Part shown: positions 18,801-28,410 of the stretch, piece by piece
Layout: each line of letters opens with the position of its first letter
How positions within the stretch are numbered: position 1 is the first letter of the stretch
Assembly: GCA_944386125.1 (NCBI GenBank)
Contig: CALWZX010000001.1
Span: 1-46,657, forward strand
Direction: 5' to 3'
DNA length: 46,657 nt
DNA from: an uncultured Clostridia bacterium
GTDB taxonomy: Bacteria; Bacillota; Clostridia; TANB77; CAG-508
Notes under the pieces: model-generated
Database searches by the model: none
What the model was told of the DNA's origin: nothing
What the model saw: the letters and a program-made list of their open reading frames with translations, nothing else
Program-made: the position numbers and the translations under genes

Positions 18801-21311
18801 ATGCTAAAAGCGGATTTTCAAATTGAAGATGAAGAGACAAAAGAGCAATATGTACTTTCTACAAAAGGTAGTTCGGGTGCATTAGTAGGACTACCACTAA
18901 AAGATAAGGGAACATATCGTTATTCTATAAAAGAAATGAAAACTCCAGATGGATTTGAACAAATTCTACAAGATGTTATTTTACAAGTAACTTATAGACA
19001 ATTAGGAGAAATAGAAAATGTAGAAATTATTCAAGGAAATGATTTAGCTAGTATAGAACATCAAACAAGTCACTATATAGAATTGCATATAAAAAATACT
19101 GCAAAACAAACAGATATATTACCATATTCTTTAAAGGTAGTTAAAGTAGATAGTGAAGATAAAAATATCAAACTTTCAGGTGGAGAATTCCACTTAGAAG
19201 TAAGTAATGAACAAGGTATGACATATGTAAGTAAAAGGACAGAAGCAGATCAAAAAGGAGAAATATGGATTAATCAAATACGAGCCCAAGGAAATGCTAA
19301 ATTTACTATACAAGAGCTTATGCCACCAGAAGGAAGAAAATATGATAGTACAAAAAAAGAAGTAGAAATCAATGTAGATAAAGATACAGGAAGAATTGAG
19401 ATAGTAGATGCTCATAATTTAGAAACGGTTGTTGACCAAAAACAAAGAATAATAACTATTTATTTAAAGAATGAGTTAGAAGATGGTTTATATCAACTAA
19501 GTATTGCAAAAAAAGATAAATCAGAACCCGAAATTCATTTAGGTAATGTTCATATGAGAGTAAAATTACCAGGAGAAGATACTGCAAGGGAAGTGGTTAC
19601 TGATAGAGAAGGAAGAATTCATATTTTAAATATCCAGATGCCTGAAGTAGGAGAATATGAATATACGATAGAAGAAATGAAAACAGCAGAGGGATATACA
19701 TTATTACAAAATCCTGTAAAAATGAAAATAGAATTTACACGAGATGGGGAAGATATCTATATTAGTAATGCAAAAATAACAAGTAATACAGAAAATGCAA
19801 ATGTAGTGACAACTAAAAAACAACATGTAGCTATTGAAATATTGAATGAGCCAAAAGAAGAATATGTAAAAGAACAAGCATATGAAATACAAATTCATAA
19901 AGTAGATTCTAAAAAGCAAGATGTGGGAATAAAAGGGGCAAAAATAAAAATATATATACTTCAAAATGATGCCAATACAAAGCAAGCAGAAGTATACACG
20001 AATGAAGAAGGAAAAATCATTTTAAATAATGTCATTATTACAGATAATGGAAAAATAGCTGTTGAAGAGGTAGAAGCACCAAAGGGATATGATTTAGATG
20101 GAACAGTAAAAGAAGTACCATATGTATTACAAAATGGAAAACTAGTATTTATGCCAACAGAAGATGAAATTCAAATAACAGCAAATGATAAAAAAATAGA
20201 AATGACTATAACGAATGATACAAATAACCAAATAGCAGATTTACATATAGAAAAATTTGTAAGCAAAGTAAACAATCAAGAGATAACGGATACAATGCCT
20301 GTATTAACAAAACAAGAAGACGGAAGCATTTTATATCAAAAAAGTAATCAGATTGTAAAAGTACAATATGGAGATATAGTAGAGTTTACAATAAGAATCT
20401 ATAATTCGGGTAAGGAAGATGGTTATGCAAGTTACATTTTAGATAAAGTTCCAGATGGATTACTATTTATAGAAGATAACGAAATCAACAACCAAGCAAA
20501 ATGGGAAAAAACAGAGGAAGGATATGCAACTAGTATCTTATCTTCAGAAGAAGAAAATAAAATTAAAGGTTATGATTCATCTTCTATGGAACTTCCAGAC
20601 TATAAAGAAATAAAAATTGTTTTTCAAGCTCAAGAAAAGGCAAATACTAAAGAAACAACAGCAATTAATAGTGCAGTAGTAACAGGAGAAGAAGAACCAG
20701 GCATCTATGCACTAGATAATGAAAATACAAGCCAGATAGAAATTGAGTATGTTAAATTAAAAACAGATAAGTATATCACTATGGTAAATTTAAATGGTGA
20801 AAATAAACAAGTAGATACTGGGAAAACAAAAGCAGGAGACTTATTTAAGGTAGAAGTAGTAGGAAGCAAAGTAAAAAGAAGTGTATTAACTGTGCAATAT
20901 CAAATAGAAGTTACTAATGAAGGTACAACATCAGCATTAGTAGAAGAAATTCGTGATTATATTCCAGAAGGCATGACATTTTTACAAGAAGATAATCTAG
21001 AATGGAAAATAGAACAAAATTACGTAACAAATCAAATAAAACAAGAATTAGCACCAGGAGAAACTCTTCAAAAAACAATTACCTTAAGATGGTATGGAAG
21101 TACAAGTGAAGATAATATGGGACTTATGGTAAATAAAGCAGTAGCTATTGCGCAGGGAGATATTAATGGAGCAAAAGTAGACGAAGCAAGTTTAACAATA
21201 TCTGTAAAAACAGGTGCAATATGGAATTATATTACATTATTCTTTGTAAGTATTAGTATCATAGCTGTAGGTATAATAGGAATAAAAAAATACATTTTAG
21301 GAAAAACATAA
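18801..21311 (+). CDS. Giant surface adhesin-like protein, C-terminal fragment (more Cna-B-like modules, two DUF11-like domains, C-terminal TM anchor)
   Basis: The frame is open from 18654, and the repeat architecture continues from 18678 (GGISVLIDEKEKLVSTTITNS...IGLSIFKVEDTD). DUF11-like blocks are present (VQYGDIVEFTIRIYNSGKEDGYASYILDKVPDGL; VQYQIEVTNEGTTSALVEEIRDYIPEGM). The C-terminal TM helix is IWNYITLFFVSISIIAVGIIGI followed by KKYILGKT. There is no LPXTG motif. Confidence 0.8.
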   Translation: MLKADFQIEDEETKEQYVLSTKGSSGALVGLPLKDKGTYRYSIKEMKTPDGFEQILQDVILQVTYRQLGEIENVEIIQGNDLASIEHQTSHYIELHIKNTAKQTDILPYSLKVVKVDSEDKNIKLSGGEFHLEVSNEQGMTYVSKRTEADQKGEIWINQIRAQGNAKFTIQELMPPEGRKYDSTKKEVEINVDKDTGRIEIVDAHNLETVVDQKQRIITIYLKNELEDGLYQLSIAKKDKSEPEIHLGNVHMRVKLPGEDTAREVVTDREGRIHILNIQMPEVGEYEYTIEEMKTAEGYTLLQNPVKMKIEFTRDGEDIYISNAKITSNTENANVVTTKKQHVAIEILNEPKEEYVKEQAYEIQIHKVDSKKQDVGIKGAKIKIYILQNDANTKQAEVYTNEEGKIILNNVIITDNGKIAVEEVEAPKGYDLDGTVKEVPYVLQNGKLVFMPTEDEIQITANDKKIEMTITNDTNNQIADLHIEKFVSKVNNQEITDTMPVLTKQEDGSILYQKSNQIVKVQYGDIVEFTIRIYNSGKEDGYASYILDKVPDGLLFIEDNEINNQAKWEKTEEGYATSILSSEEENKIKGYDSSSMELPDYKEIKIVFQAQEKANTKETTAINSAVVTGEEEPGIYALDNENTSQIEIEYVKLKTDKYITMVNLNGENKQVDTGKTKAGDLFKVEVVGSKVKRSVLTVQYQIEVTNEGTTSALVEEIRDYIPEGMTFLQEDNLEWKIEQNYVTNQIKQELAPGETLQKTITLRWYGSTSEDNMGLMVNKAVAIAQGDINGAKVDEASLTISVKTGAIWNYITLFFVSISIIAVGIIGIKKYILGKT

Positions 21312-21313
21312 TA

Positions 21314-21344
21314 AAAAAACCAACTTAAAAAAGTTGGTTTTTTA
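21314..21344. terminator. Bidirectional terminator between the convergent adhesin and PBP genes
   Basis: AAAAAACCAACTT-aaaa-AAGTTGGTTTTTT, a hairpin with A/T runs on both sides. Confidence 0.8.
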
Positions 21345-23651
21345 ATGTGTATTTTCAGAATAAGGTTGTAAATTAACTGAAATTACAGTTCCTTCTTCTA
21401 CTGAAGTACCGGCCATAGGTTCTTGACTTACTACTTGACCTGTTCCCGAAACATGAATATTTAAATTCTTAGCTTTTAATAAACTTAGAGCAGAAGATAA
21501 AGATTTTCCTCTCAGATTAGGAACCTCTTGAGAGACTCTAGCTTCATTTCCCGCAGTATAAACACAAACGATAGAATCTGCAATTAACTCTGTACCAGGT
21601 TTTGGTACTTGATCTGTAACAATGCTCGTTGTATCAGAACTAGAAATCTTGCAAGCAAATCCAGCATCTTCTAATATTTTATTTGCCTCTGCCACAGTTT
21701 TATTTCTAACGTCAGGAACAGAAGTAGTTTCTACTGTATTGGTAGTTGTTGTTTCTGCTGTATCAGAAGGAATACCTAAGTATGGTAACACCTCAGATAA
21801 AATCTGAGAAACCACAGGACCTGCAATTTGACCACCCATGTGGTTTTCTCCTTGAGGATTATATAAAACAACTAAAACTACAACTTCTGGATTTTGAGAA
21901 GGTGCTATACCCACAAAAGAGGCTACATAACCTTCTTCTGGTTTATCTGGATTTGGTTCAGAGGTACCAGTTTTACCAGCAATTGTATATCCTGCTACTG
22001 AACCATAAGTTCCTCCACCATCAGAAACAACAGACTCTAACATATTAATTAATTCATCACAAGTTTCTTTAGAAATTACTTGCCTAACTTGTTTTGGTTC
22101 AATGGTAGTTATATTTCCTGTGTTAGGATCTTTAATTTGAGTGACTAATCTTGGTTGCATTAAAATACCATCATTAGCAATAGAAGAAATAGCAGTAATT
22201 AATTGAATAGGAGTAATAGTAAATCTTTGACCAAACGACATAGTAGCAAGTTCTATAGGCCCAACATCTTCCAAATCCCAATAATTACTAGAAACTTCGC
22301 CAATTGTTTGAATTCCAGTTTTACTAAATAAACCAAAAGAATCATAATATTTATATAAAATTTCTGCACCAATTCTTTGTCCTAATTGCATCATTCCAGG
22401 GTTACAAGAATTCATTAATACTTGTCTTAAGCTTTCTTTACCATGACCATTATTACTTTGACGCCAACAATGAATACGAGTACCAGCAACTATTTCATAT
22501 CCAACACAATTAAAATCATTTGGAGTATCTGTTTCTACTACATTTTCTTCTAAACCAATAGCTGCATTAATTACTTTATAAGTAGAACCAGGCTCGTAAC
22601 GGTGAGAAACAGCTTTATTTCCCCACATTTGATTAAGAGCATCACTTTGTTCTTCATCACTCATTGTATCCCAAGTAGCTTTTAAAGCATCATTTGGTTC
22701 AAAAGGTGTATTTAAATTATAATCAGGATAACTTGCCATAGCAAGAATATCTCCTGTAGAAGGTTTCATAATGATAACATTTCCACCATCTTTACAATCA
22801 TTCTCTATGACAGCTTGCTTTAGATATTTTTCAGCTATTGATTGAATATTATAATCAATACTTAAAACTAAGTCATTTCCATCTTGAGCGGAAATGTAGG
22901 TAGAGTTTTTATCAGGAATTAAATCATAAGCAACATCTGTAGTAGAAACAATTTTTCCTGGAGTTCCAGCAAGTACATCATCCCAATAAGATTCAATTCC
23001 CCATAGTCCTTGGCTATCTGTTCCACAAAAACCAATTAAATTAGAGGCTAAATTATTATATGGATAATATCTTTTCGTATCAGCATCAATGTTAATACCA
23101 GAAGAAATATCAGACTCTTCCATCCATTTTTTTAAATTATCTATTTTATCTTTTTCTACTTTTTTAGCAATAACTTCTGTATTACTTGTACTATCTAATT
23201 GTGCTCTAACAGTAGCTAAATCTAAAGAAAATATATTAGCAAATGCTTCTGCAATTTTATCCTTTTTGCTTGCTGTTTCTGTTTCATTAATAGATCCATC
23301 CTCATTAGTTACTACAAATCTTGCTGGATTAACAGAAACAGTATCAACATTTGCGCTAATAGCAAGAGCTTTTCCTGTAGAATCATAAATCGTACCTCTT
23401 TGTGCAGCAATTAATTTATTAGTAGTTTGCTGTCTATTAGCTGCTTCCTTTAAAGTAGAGCCATCTACAAATTGTATAAAGATTAATCTAACAATTAAAA
23501 TAATAGCAATAATTGCAAAAACTACTAAAGCCTTTGCTAAAGATTTAGTTTTTATCATGTTTTTCTCTTCAGCCAAATTAGTAAGCTTATTAGAAGAAAA
23601 ACGTTTTTTCATAGGTTGTTTTTTTACTAAACTTTTCTTTTTTTTGTTCAT
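21342..23651 (-). CDS. Class B penicillin-binding protein with two C-terminal PASTA domains (PBP2x/PBP2B/SpoVD-like transpeptidase)
   Basis: N-terminal TM anchor, SxxK (PGSTYKV), SxN (NSCN) and KTG (AGKTGTS). Two PASTA-like repeats: VPDVRNKTVAEANKILEDAGF... and VPNLRGKSLSSALSLLKAKNLN... Confidence 0.9.
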   Translation of the reverse strand: MNKKKKSLVKKQPMKKRFSSNKLTNLAEEKNMIKTKSLAKALVVFAIIAIILIVRLIFIQFVDGSTLKEAANRQQTTNKLIAAQRGTIYDSTGKALAISANVDTVSVNPARFVVTNEDGSINETETASKKDKIAEAFANIFSLDLATVRAQLDSTSNTEVIAKKVEKDKIDNLKKWMEESDISSGINIDADTKRYYPYNNLASNLIGFCGTDSQGLWGIESYWDDVLAGTPGKIVSTTDVAYDLIPDKNSTYISAQDGNDLVLSIDYNIQSIAEKYLKQAVIENDCKDGGNVIIMKPSTGDILAMASYPDYNLNTPFEPNDALKATWDTMSDEEQSDALNQMWGNKAVSHRYEPGSTYKVINAAIGLEENVVETDTPNDFNCVGYEIVAGTRIHCWRQSNNGHGKESLRQVLMNSCNPGMMQLGQRIGAEILYKYYDSFGLFSKTGIQTIGEVSSNYWDLEDVGPIELATMSFGQRFTITPIQLITAISSIANDGILMQPRLVTQIKDPNTGNITTIEPKQVRQVISKETCDELINMLESVVSDGGGTYGSVAGYTIAGKTGTSEPNPDKPEEGYVASFVGIAPSQNPEVVVLVVLYNPQGENHMGGQIAGPVVSQILSEVLPYLGIPSDTAETTTTNTVETTSVPDVRNKTVAEANKILEDAGFACKISSSDTTSIVTDQVPKPGTELIADSIVCVYTAGNEARVSQEVPNLRGKSLSSALSLLKAKNLNIHVSGTGQVVSQEPMAGTSVEEGTVISVNLQPYSENTH

Positions 23652-23790
23652 TTTTCACCATCTTTATCTATAGAATATAGGAAAAAAATTCCTTACCATT
23701 TTTGCTATTATTTTACCTTATGTAACATAAAAAATCAATACAAAAAAGCAAAAGTTTACAAAAGAAAGTGAAAAAAATCTTACGGAAACA

Positions 23791-23819
23791 TTGACTTTTT
23801 AACAATTTGCGTATATTAT
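23791..23819 (+). promoter_or_regulatory. Putative sigma-A promoter for minD-minE-rodA-dusB
   Basis: TTGACT (23791-23796), 17-nt spacer, TATTAT (23814-23819). Confidence 0.35.
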
Positions 23820-23877
23820 ATATGTATTAAAAATATGCATTTTTATAAAGGAACTAAAAGTTCAAGGAGGAAAAAAT

Positions 23878-24672
23878 ATGGGAGAGGTTATTGTCATAAC
23901 ATCTGGTAAAGGTGGAGTCGGTAAAACAACAACAACTGCAAATCTAGGTTCTGCTTTAGCTCTAAAAGGAAAAAAAGTAGCTCTAGTAGATACTGATATT
24001 GGATTACGTAACTTAGATGTTGTTATGGGACTAGAAAATAGAATTGTATATGACATAGTAGATGTAGTAGAAGAAAAATGTAAATTAAGACAAGCCCTAA
24101 TCAAGGATAAACGATTTAATGAACTTTTTCTACTTCCAGCAGCTCAAACAAGAGATAAAAGTGCAGTAAATGAAGAACAAATGAAAGAATTAACAGAAAA
24201 ATTAAAAGAAGATTTTGATTATATATTAGTAGATTGTCCAGCAGGTATAGAGCAAGGTTTTAAAAATGCTGTTGCAGGTGCTGATAGAGCAATTGTAGTA
24301 ACAACTGCTGAAATTTCAGCAATTCGTGATGCAGATAGAATTATTGGGCTATTAGAATCATCAAACATCAAGAATCCAGAATTAGTTATTAATAGGTTAA
24401 GACCAAATATGGTAAAAAAAGGTGAAATGATGGATGTAGAGGATATTGTAGAATTATTATCCATTGACCTAATTGGTGTTGTACCAGATGACGAATATAT
24501 TATTACACAAACTAATAGAGGAGAACCAGTTGTATCTAATAGTAAGGCACCATCAGGTAAGGCATATATGGAAATAGCAAGACGTATTCTAGGAGAAAAC
24601 TTAGAAGTAACTATTCCAGGTAGAGAAAAAGGAGTATTTGCTAAAATAAAAAGAATCTTTTCAAAAAAATAG
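23878..24672 (+). CDS. minD: Septum site-determining ATPase MinD
   Basis: Deviant Walker A SGKGGVGKTTTTANLG, DTDIGLRNLD, and a C-terminal amphipathic helix (GVFAKIKRIFSKK). RBS AAGGAGGA. Confidence 0.95.
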   Translation: MGEVIVITSGKGGVGKTTTTANLGSALALKGKKVALVDTDIGLRNLDVVMGLENRIVYDIVDVVEEKCKLRQALIKDKRFNELFLLPAAQTRDKSAVNEEQMKELTEKLKEDFDYILVDCPAGIEQGFKNAVAGADRAIVVTTAEISAIRDADRIIGLLESSNIKNPELVINRLRPNMVKKGEMMDVEDIVELLSIDLIGVVPDDEYIITQTNRGEPVVSNSKAPSGKAYMEIARRILGENLEVTIPGREKGVFAKIKRIFSKK

Positions 24673-24699
24673 ACAAAATTAAAACGGAGGGAAAGTAGG

Positions 24700-25203
24700 A
24701 TGTTTGAAAATGTAATGAAATTTTTCAAAAAATTCTCTAAAGAAAATAATGATAAATCTAAAGATTCAAAAGATACAGCAAAAGAAAGATTACATCTTGT
24801 GCTCATGCAAGATAGAGCAAATGTATCTGCTGACTTTTTAGAATTGATGAAGCAAGAAATTATAGAAGTAATCAAAAAATACATAGATATAGATGAAAAT
24901 CAAATTGATGTTAGACTAACGAATAAAGTTAACAGTGATGGAACTAATGGAGCTCCAGCATTATATGCAAACATCCCTATTATGAGTATTAAAGATGAAA
25001 CAAGAAAAATAACAGTTCAAAAAGAAGAACAAAAACAAGATAATCCAGAGCAAGAAGAAGTATCAGATAAAAAGACTGAAGAATCTACTCCGCAAGATGA
25101 ACAACAAGAAAATAAGAATCAAAAAGAAGAGCAAGAAGAAAAAGAAGAGCCAATAGAAGTAGCAGAAGATATAATTACAAAAGAAGAGCAAAAGCAAGCA
25201 TAA
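24700..25203 (+). CDS. minE: Cell division topological specificity factor MinE with a long acidic C-terminal extension
   Basis: The conserved MinE core is SKDTAKERLHLVLMQDRANVSADFLELMKQEIIEVIKKYIDIDENQIDVRL. It lies immediately downstream of minD. About 70 extra E/Q/K-rich residues follow the core. Confidence 0.85.
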   Translation: MFENVMKFFKKFSKENNDKSKDSKDTAKERLHLVLMQDRANVSADFLELMKQEIIEVIKKYIDIDENQIDVRLTNKVNSDGTNGAPALYANIPIMSIKDETRKITVQKEEQKQDNPEQEEVSDKKTEESTPQDEQQENKNQKEEQEEKEEPIEVAEDIITKEEQKQA

Positions 25204-25227
25204 GCTTTTATGATAAGAAGGTGAAAA

Positions 25228-26334
25228 ATGAAAAAAAGAATATTAAAAAATATAGAATGGTCCATATTAATTTGTACCATTTTATTAATTGCTATAGGTT
25301 TGGTTGCTTTGTTTTCTGCAACACAATCTACTAATTATGAAGAATTACAAAAACAAATTATGTGGTTAATCATTAGTATTCCTATAGTAATCGTAGTCAT
25401 CTGTATTGATTATGAAACTATCGCAAAAGTTGCACCTATTTTTTATGGCTTGATTTTAATATTGTTAGTGGGAGTCTTATTTACTGAACCAATAAACGGA
25501 GCAACTAGTTGGTTTAATATAGGAGCTTTTTCAATACAACCATCAGAATTTGCAAAAATTTTTGTTATCATTATGTTTGCGTTTGTCATAACAAAGATTC
25601 AACAAAGAGGTAGAGATGAAATTAGTAGACCTACTAGACTACTTTTATCTTTATTGGTCATAGTAGTGCCTGTACTTCTTATTATAAAACAACCAGACTA
25701 TGGAACGGCACTTGCTTTTATAGTGGCAACAGCACTAATGTTGTATGTAGCAGGAATCAAAAAAAGATATATTATTACCTGTATCCTATTAATTGCTATT
25801 GCTTTACCAATATTATATTTCTTTATTTTGCCACCACATGCTAAAACTAGAATTGATGTATTTTTAAATCCAAATTTAGATCCTAGAGGAGATGGATATA
25901 ATGTTATTCAATCTAAATTGGCAATTGGGGCAGGAGAGCTATTTGGAATGGGGTTATTAAAAGGAAATCAAACACAACTTGGTTTTTTATACCCTAAAAC
26001 AACTGATTTTATATTTTCTGTTATAGGAGAAGAATTAGGATTTGTAGCAACAGCAGGAATTGTAATTGTATATGTTATTTTAATTACAAAGGCTATATAT
26101 GTAGCAAAAACAGCAAAAGATGATTTAGGCTCTTATATTGCCATGGGAATAGCAGGTATATTTTTGTTTCATATGGTAGAAAATATAGGAATGACGATTG
26201 GTTTATTACCAATTACAGGTGTTCCTCTTCCTTTTGTTAGCTATGGGGGAAGTTCTTTACTTACCAACTTAATATTAATTGCATTACTACTAAATATTAG
26301 TGGTCGCAGACAAAAAGCGATATTTATTAATTAA
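25228..26334 (+). CDS. rodA: SEDS-family peptidoglycan glycosyltransferase (RodA/FtsW family; the position after minDE suggests RodA)
   Basis: Multi-TM protein with QPSEFAKI, DFIFSVIGEELGF and LPITGVPLPFVSYGGSSLL motifs. Confidence 0.85.
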   Translation: MKKRILKNIEWSILICTILLIAIGLVALFSATQSTNYEELQKQIMWLIISIPIVIVVICIDYETIAKVAPIFYGLILILLVGVLFTEPINGATSWFNIGAFSIQPSEFAKIFVIIMFAFVITKIQQRGRDEISRPTRLLLSLLVIVVPVLLIIKQPDYGTALAFIVATALMLYVAGIKKRYIITCILLIAIALPILYFFILPPHAKTRIDVFLNPNLDPRGDGYNVIQSKLAIGAGELFGMGLLKGNQTQLGFLYPKTTDFIFSVIGEELGFVATAGIVIVYVILITKAIYVAKTAKDDLGSYIAMGIAGIFLFHMVENIGMTIGLLPITGVPLPFVSYGGSSLLTNLILIALLLNISGRRQKAIFIN

Positions 26335-27318
26335 ATGGGGGAGAATGTGCAACTTTTAAAACAATTAAAAATAGGAAACGTTACTTTAGAAAATAATGTT
26401 ATGCTAGCACCAATGGCGGGAATTACAGATAAAGCATTTCGAACTATTGTTAAACAATATGGTGTTGGTTTGGTATATACAGAAATGATAAGTAGTAAGG
26501 CGCTTTTTTATCATGATGAAAAAACCAAACTTTTATGTAATATAGATGGAGAAGCAAGACCAATTGCTCTGCAACTATTTGGAAGTGATTTAGAAGCAAT
26601 TCGTTATGCGGTAAACTATGCTTCAGAAATAGCAGACATCATAGATATTAATATGGGATGTCCTGCACCAAAAATTGTGAAAAATGGTGATGGAAGTAAA
26701 TTGTTATTAAATTTGCAATTAGTAGGAAAAATTGTAGAAACAGCAGTTCAAGTATCTACAAGACCAGTTACTGTTAAAATTCGTAAAGGTTGGGATGAAA
26801 AACACATAGTAGCTGTGGAAACTGCAAAAATTATAGAGCAAGCAGGTGCTTCAGCAATTACCGTCCATGGTAGAACACGAAATGAATTTTATACAGGTCA
26901 TGCTGATTGGGATATTATAAAACAAGTAAAGCAGGCAGTTAAAATACCAGTGATAGGAAATGGAGATATAAAAACAAAAGAGGATGCAAAAAAAATGTTA
27001 GAAGAAACCAAAGTAGATGGCATTATGATAGGAAGAGCAAGTTTGGGAAATCCATGGTTATTTGAAGAAATCATTGAGTATTTAAAAGGAAAAGAGCCAA
27101 GAAATATTTCAAATGAAGAAAAACTACAAACAATTTTAAGACATATAGATTTAGAAGTAGAAGAAAAAGGAGAAATTATAGGAATTCGAGAATTAAGAAA
27201 GCATATATGTGCCTATATAAAAAATAAAAAAGATGCAGCTAAAATGAGGGATATGGTTAACCAAATAGATACAAAACAAGAACTAAAAGATGAGCTATTA
27301 CATTTTTTTCATGAATAA
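26335..27318 (+). CDS. dusB: tRNA-dihydrouridine synthase (DusB-like)
   Basis: LAPMAGITD, catalytic NMGCPAPKIVK, ITVHGRTR and MIGRASLGNPWLF. Starts directly after the rodA stop. Confidence 0.9.
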   Translation: MGENVQLLKQLKIGNVTLENNVMLAPMAGITDKAFRTIVKQYGVGLVYTEMISSKALFYHDEKTKLLCNIDGEARPIALQLFGSDLEAIRYAVNYASEIADIIDINMGCPAPKIVKNGDGSKLLLNLQLVGKIVETAVQVSTRPVTVKIRKGWDEKHIVAVETAKIIEQAGASAITVHGRTRNEFYTGHADWDIIKQVKQAVKIPVIGNGDIKTKEDAKKMLEETKVDGIMIGRASLGNPWLFEEIIEYLKGKEPRNISNEEKLQTILRHIDLEVEEKGEIIGIRELRKHICAYIKNKKDAAKMRDMVNQIDTKQELKDELLHFFHE

Positions 27319-27333
27319 AATAGGAATATAAGA

Positions 27334-27365
27334 ATAGATTACAATAAAAGTAATCTATTTTTTTA
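27334..27365 (+). terminator. Rho-independent terminator after dusB
   Basis: ATAGATTAC-aataaaa-GTAATCTAT hairpin followed by a T-run. Confidence 0.7.
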
Positions 27366-27375
27366 GGAGGAAAAC

Positions 27376-27981
27376 ATGAAAAAAAAGACCATAATAGCTA
27401 TGATAGTAGGCATAGGAATAATAGCGATAATAGTTTTTTTATTTTTTTGTTATAATTCTTCAGAAACGGGAAATACTACTATTAATAAAACAGAGGAAGA
27501 AATGATACAAGATGTATTAAATATTAGTTTTTATCGAGCACAACTAAAAATTAAAATTGCAAGCAATAAAAATGAAAACCAATATATAGTGAAACAAGAA
27601 GTAACGAAAAATATGGTAAGACAAGAAATTCTACAACCAGAAAATATAGCCGGTGTTGTTACAACATACGAAGAGGGAAAATTAACTTTATATAATTCTC
27701 AATTAGAATTAAGTCAAGTTTATGAAGATTATGCGTATATGACAAATAATGCTTTATGGCTGAATTCTTTTGTAGAAGAATTTAAGAATAATACTGAAAA
27801 AACCAAAATTTCTTATGAAAATAACAACATAATATTAGAAGTAAAAAATGAAAGAAGATATGATTATCGAAAGAAATTATACATAAATAAAGAAAATGGA
27901 AAACCGTTACAATTAATAGTACAAGATATTAACCAAAAGCAAACCATTTGCATAGAATATACTGAATTAGAAATTCTATAG
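27376..27981 (+). CDS. Hypothetical membrane-anchored protein (single N-terminal TM; possibly a LolA-like fold, unverified)
   Basis: RBS TAGGAGGA. N-terminal TM IIAMIVGIGIIAIIVFLFF. Long ORF with host-like composition. I recognise no family motif. Confidence 0.6.
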   Translation: MKKKTIIAMIVGIGIIAIIVFLFFCYNSSETGNTTINKTEEEMIQDVLNISFYRAQLKIKIASNKNENQYIVKQEVTKNMVRQEILQPENIAGVVTTYEEGKLTLYNSQLELSQVYEDYAYMTNNALWLNSFVEEFKNNTEKTKISYENNNIILEVKNERRYDYRKKLYINKENGKPLQLIVQDINQKQTICIEYTELEIL

Positions 27982-28048
27982 ATAGAAACTAATAAAATAT
28001 ATCAAAAGAGCAACCTTTCAATACACAAATAGTAGGAGTGATTCACAA

Positions 28049-28399
28049 ATGGTAATAAAAAGAGGAGATATGTTCTATGCAGACTTAAGCCCAGTAGTTG
28101 GTTCAGAACAAGGAGGGATTAGACCAGTTATTATTATTCAAAATGATATTGGAAATAAACATAGTCCAACAGTAATAGCTGCAGCTATTACTTCACAGAC
28201 GGGAAAAAATAAATTACCAACACATATAGAGATTACATCAAATGGGAATGGATTAAAAGAAGATTCTATTGTATTGACTGAGCAAATTAGAACAATTGAT
28301 AAAAGTAGATTAAAAGAAAAAATAGGACATATAGATGACAATCAAATCATGAATCAAATTAACAATGCATTAGGTGTGAGCTTTGGACTAGAAGATTAA
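28049..28399 (+). CDS. mazF: MazF/EndoA (NdoA) family endoribonuclease toxin
   Basis: From memory it is closely similar along its whole length to B. subtilis EndoA: VIKRGDMFYADLSPVVGSEQGGIRPVIIIQNDIGN, KLPTHIEI, LTEQIRTIDKSRL. 116 aa. Confidence 0.92.
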   Translation: MVIKRGDMFYADLSPVVGSEQGGIRPVIIIQNDIGNKHSPTVIAAAITSQTGKNKLPTHIEITSNGNGLKEDSIVLTEQIRTIDKSRLKEKIGHIDDNQIMNQINNALGVSFGLED

Positions 28400-28410
28400 T
28401 GTAATATAAA

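Noticed and set aside
12398-21311. The giant ORF as an NRPS/PKS, a polymorphic toxin or an RTX-type protein.
   Set aside because: There are no adenylation, condensation or KS motifs, no C-terminal toxin-like domain and no Gly-Asp nonapeptide repeats. The sequence consists of Ig/Cna-B-like structural modules typical of adhesins.
24219-24884. 221-aa ORF on the minus strand spanning the minD/minE junction. The track also contains other long antisense ORFs: 9441-10055, 6436-6861, 1721-2086, 41320-41676 and 5819-6109.
   Set aside because: Each lies entirely antisense to a strongly conserved gene (minD/minE, ftsH, rplI, rpoC, murA, gdpP). They have low-complexity S/F/I/L-rich translations and no RBS. 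These are typical shadow ORFs of AT-rich genomes.
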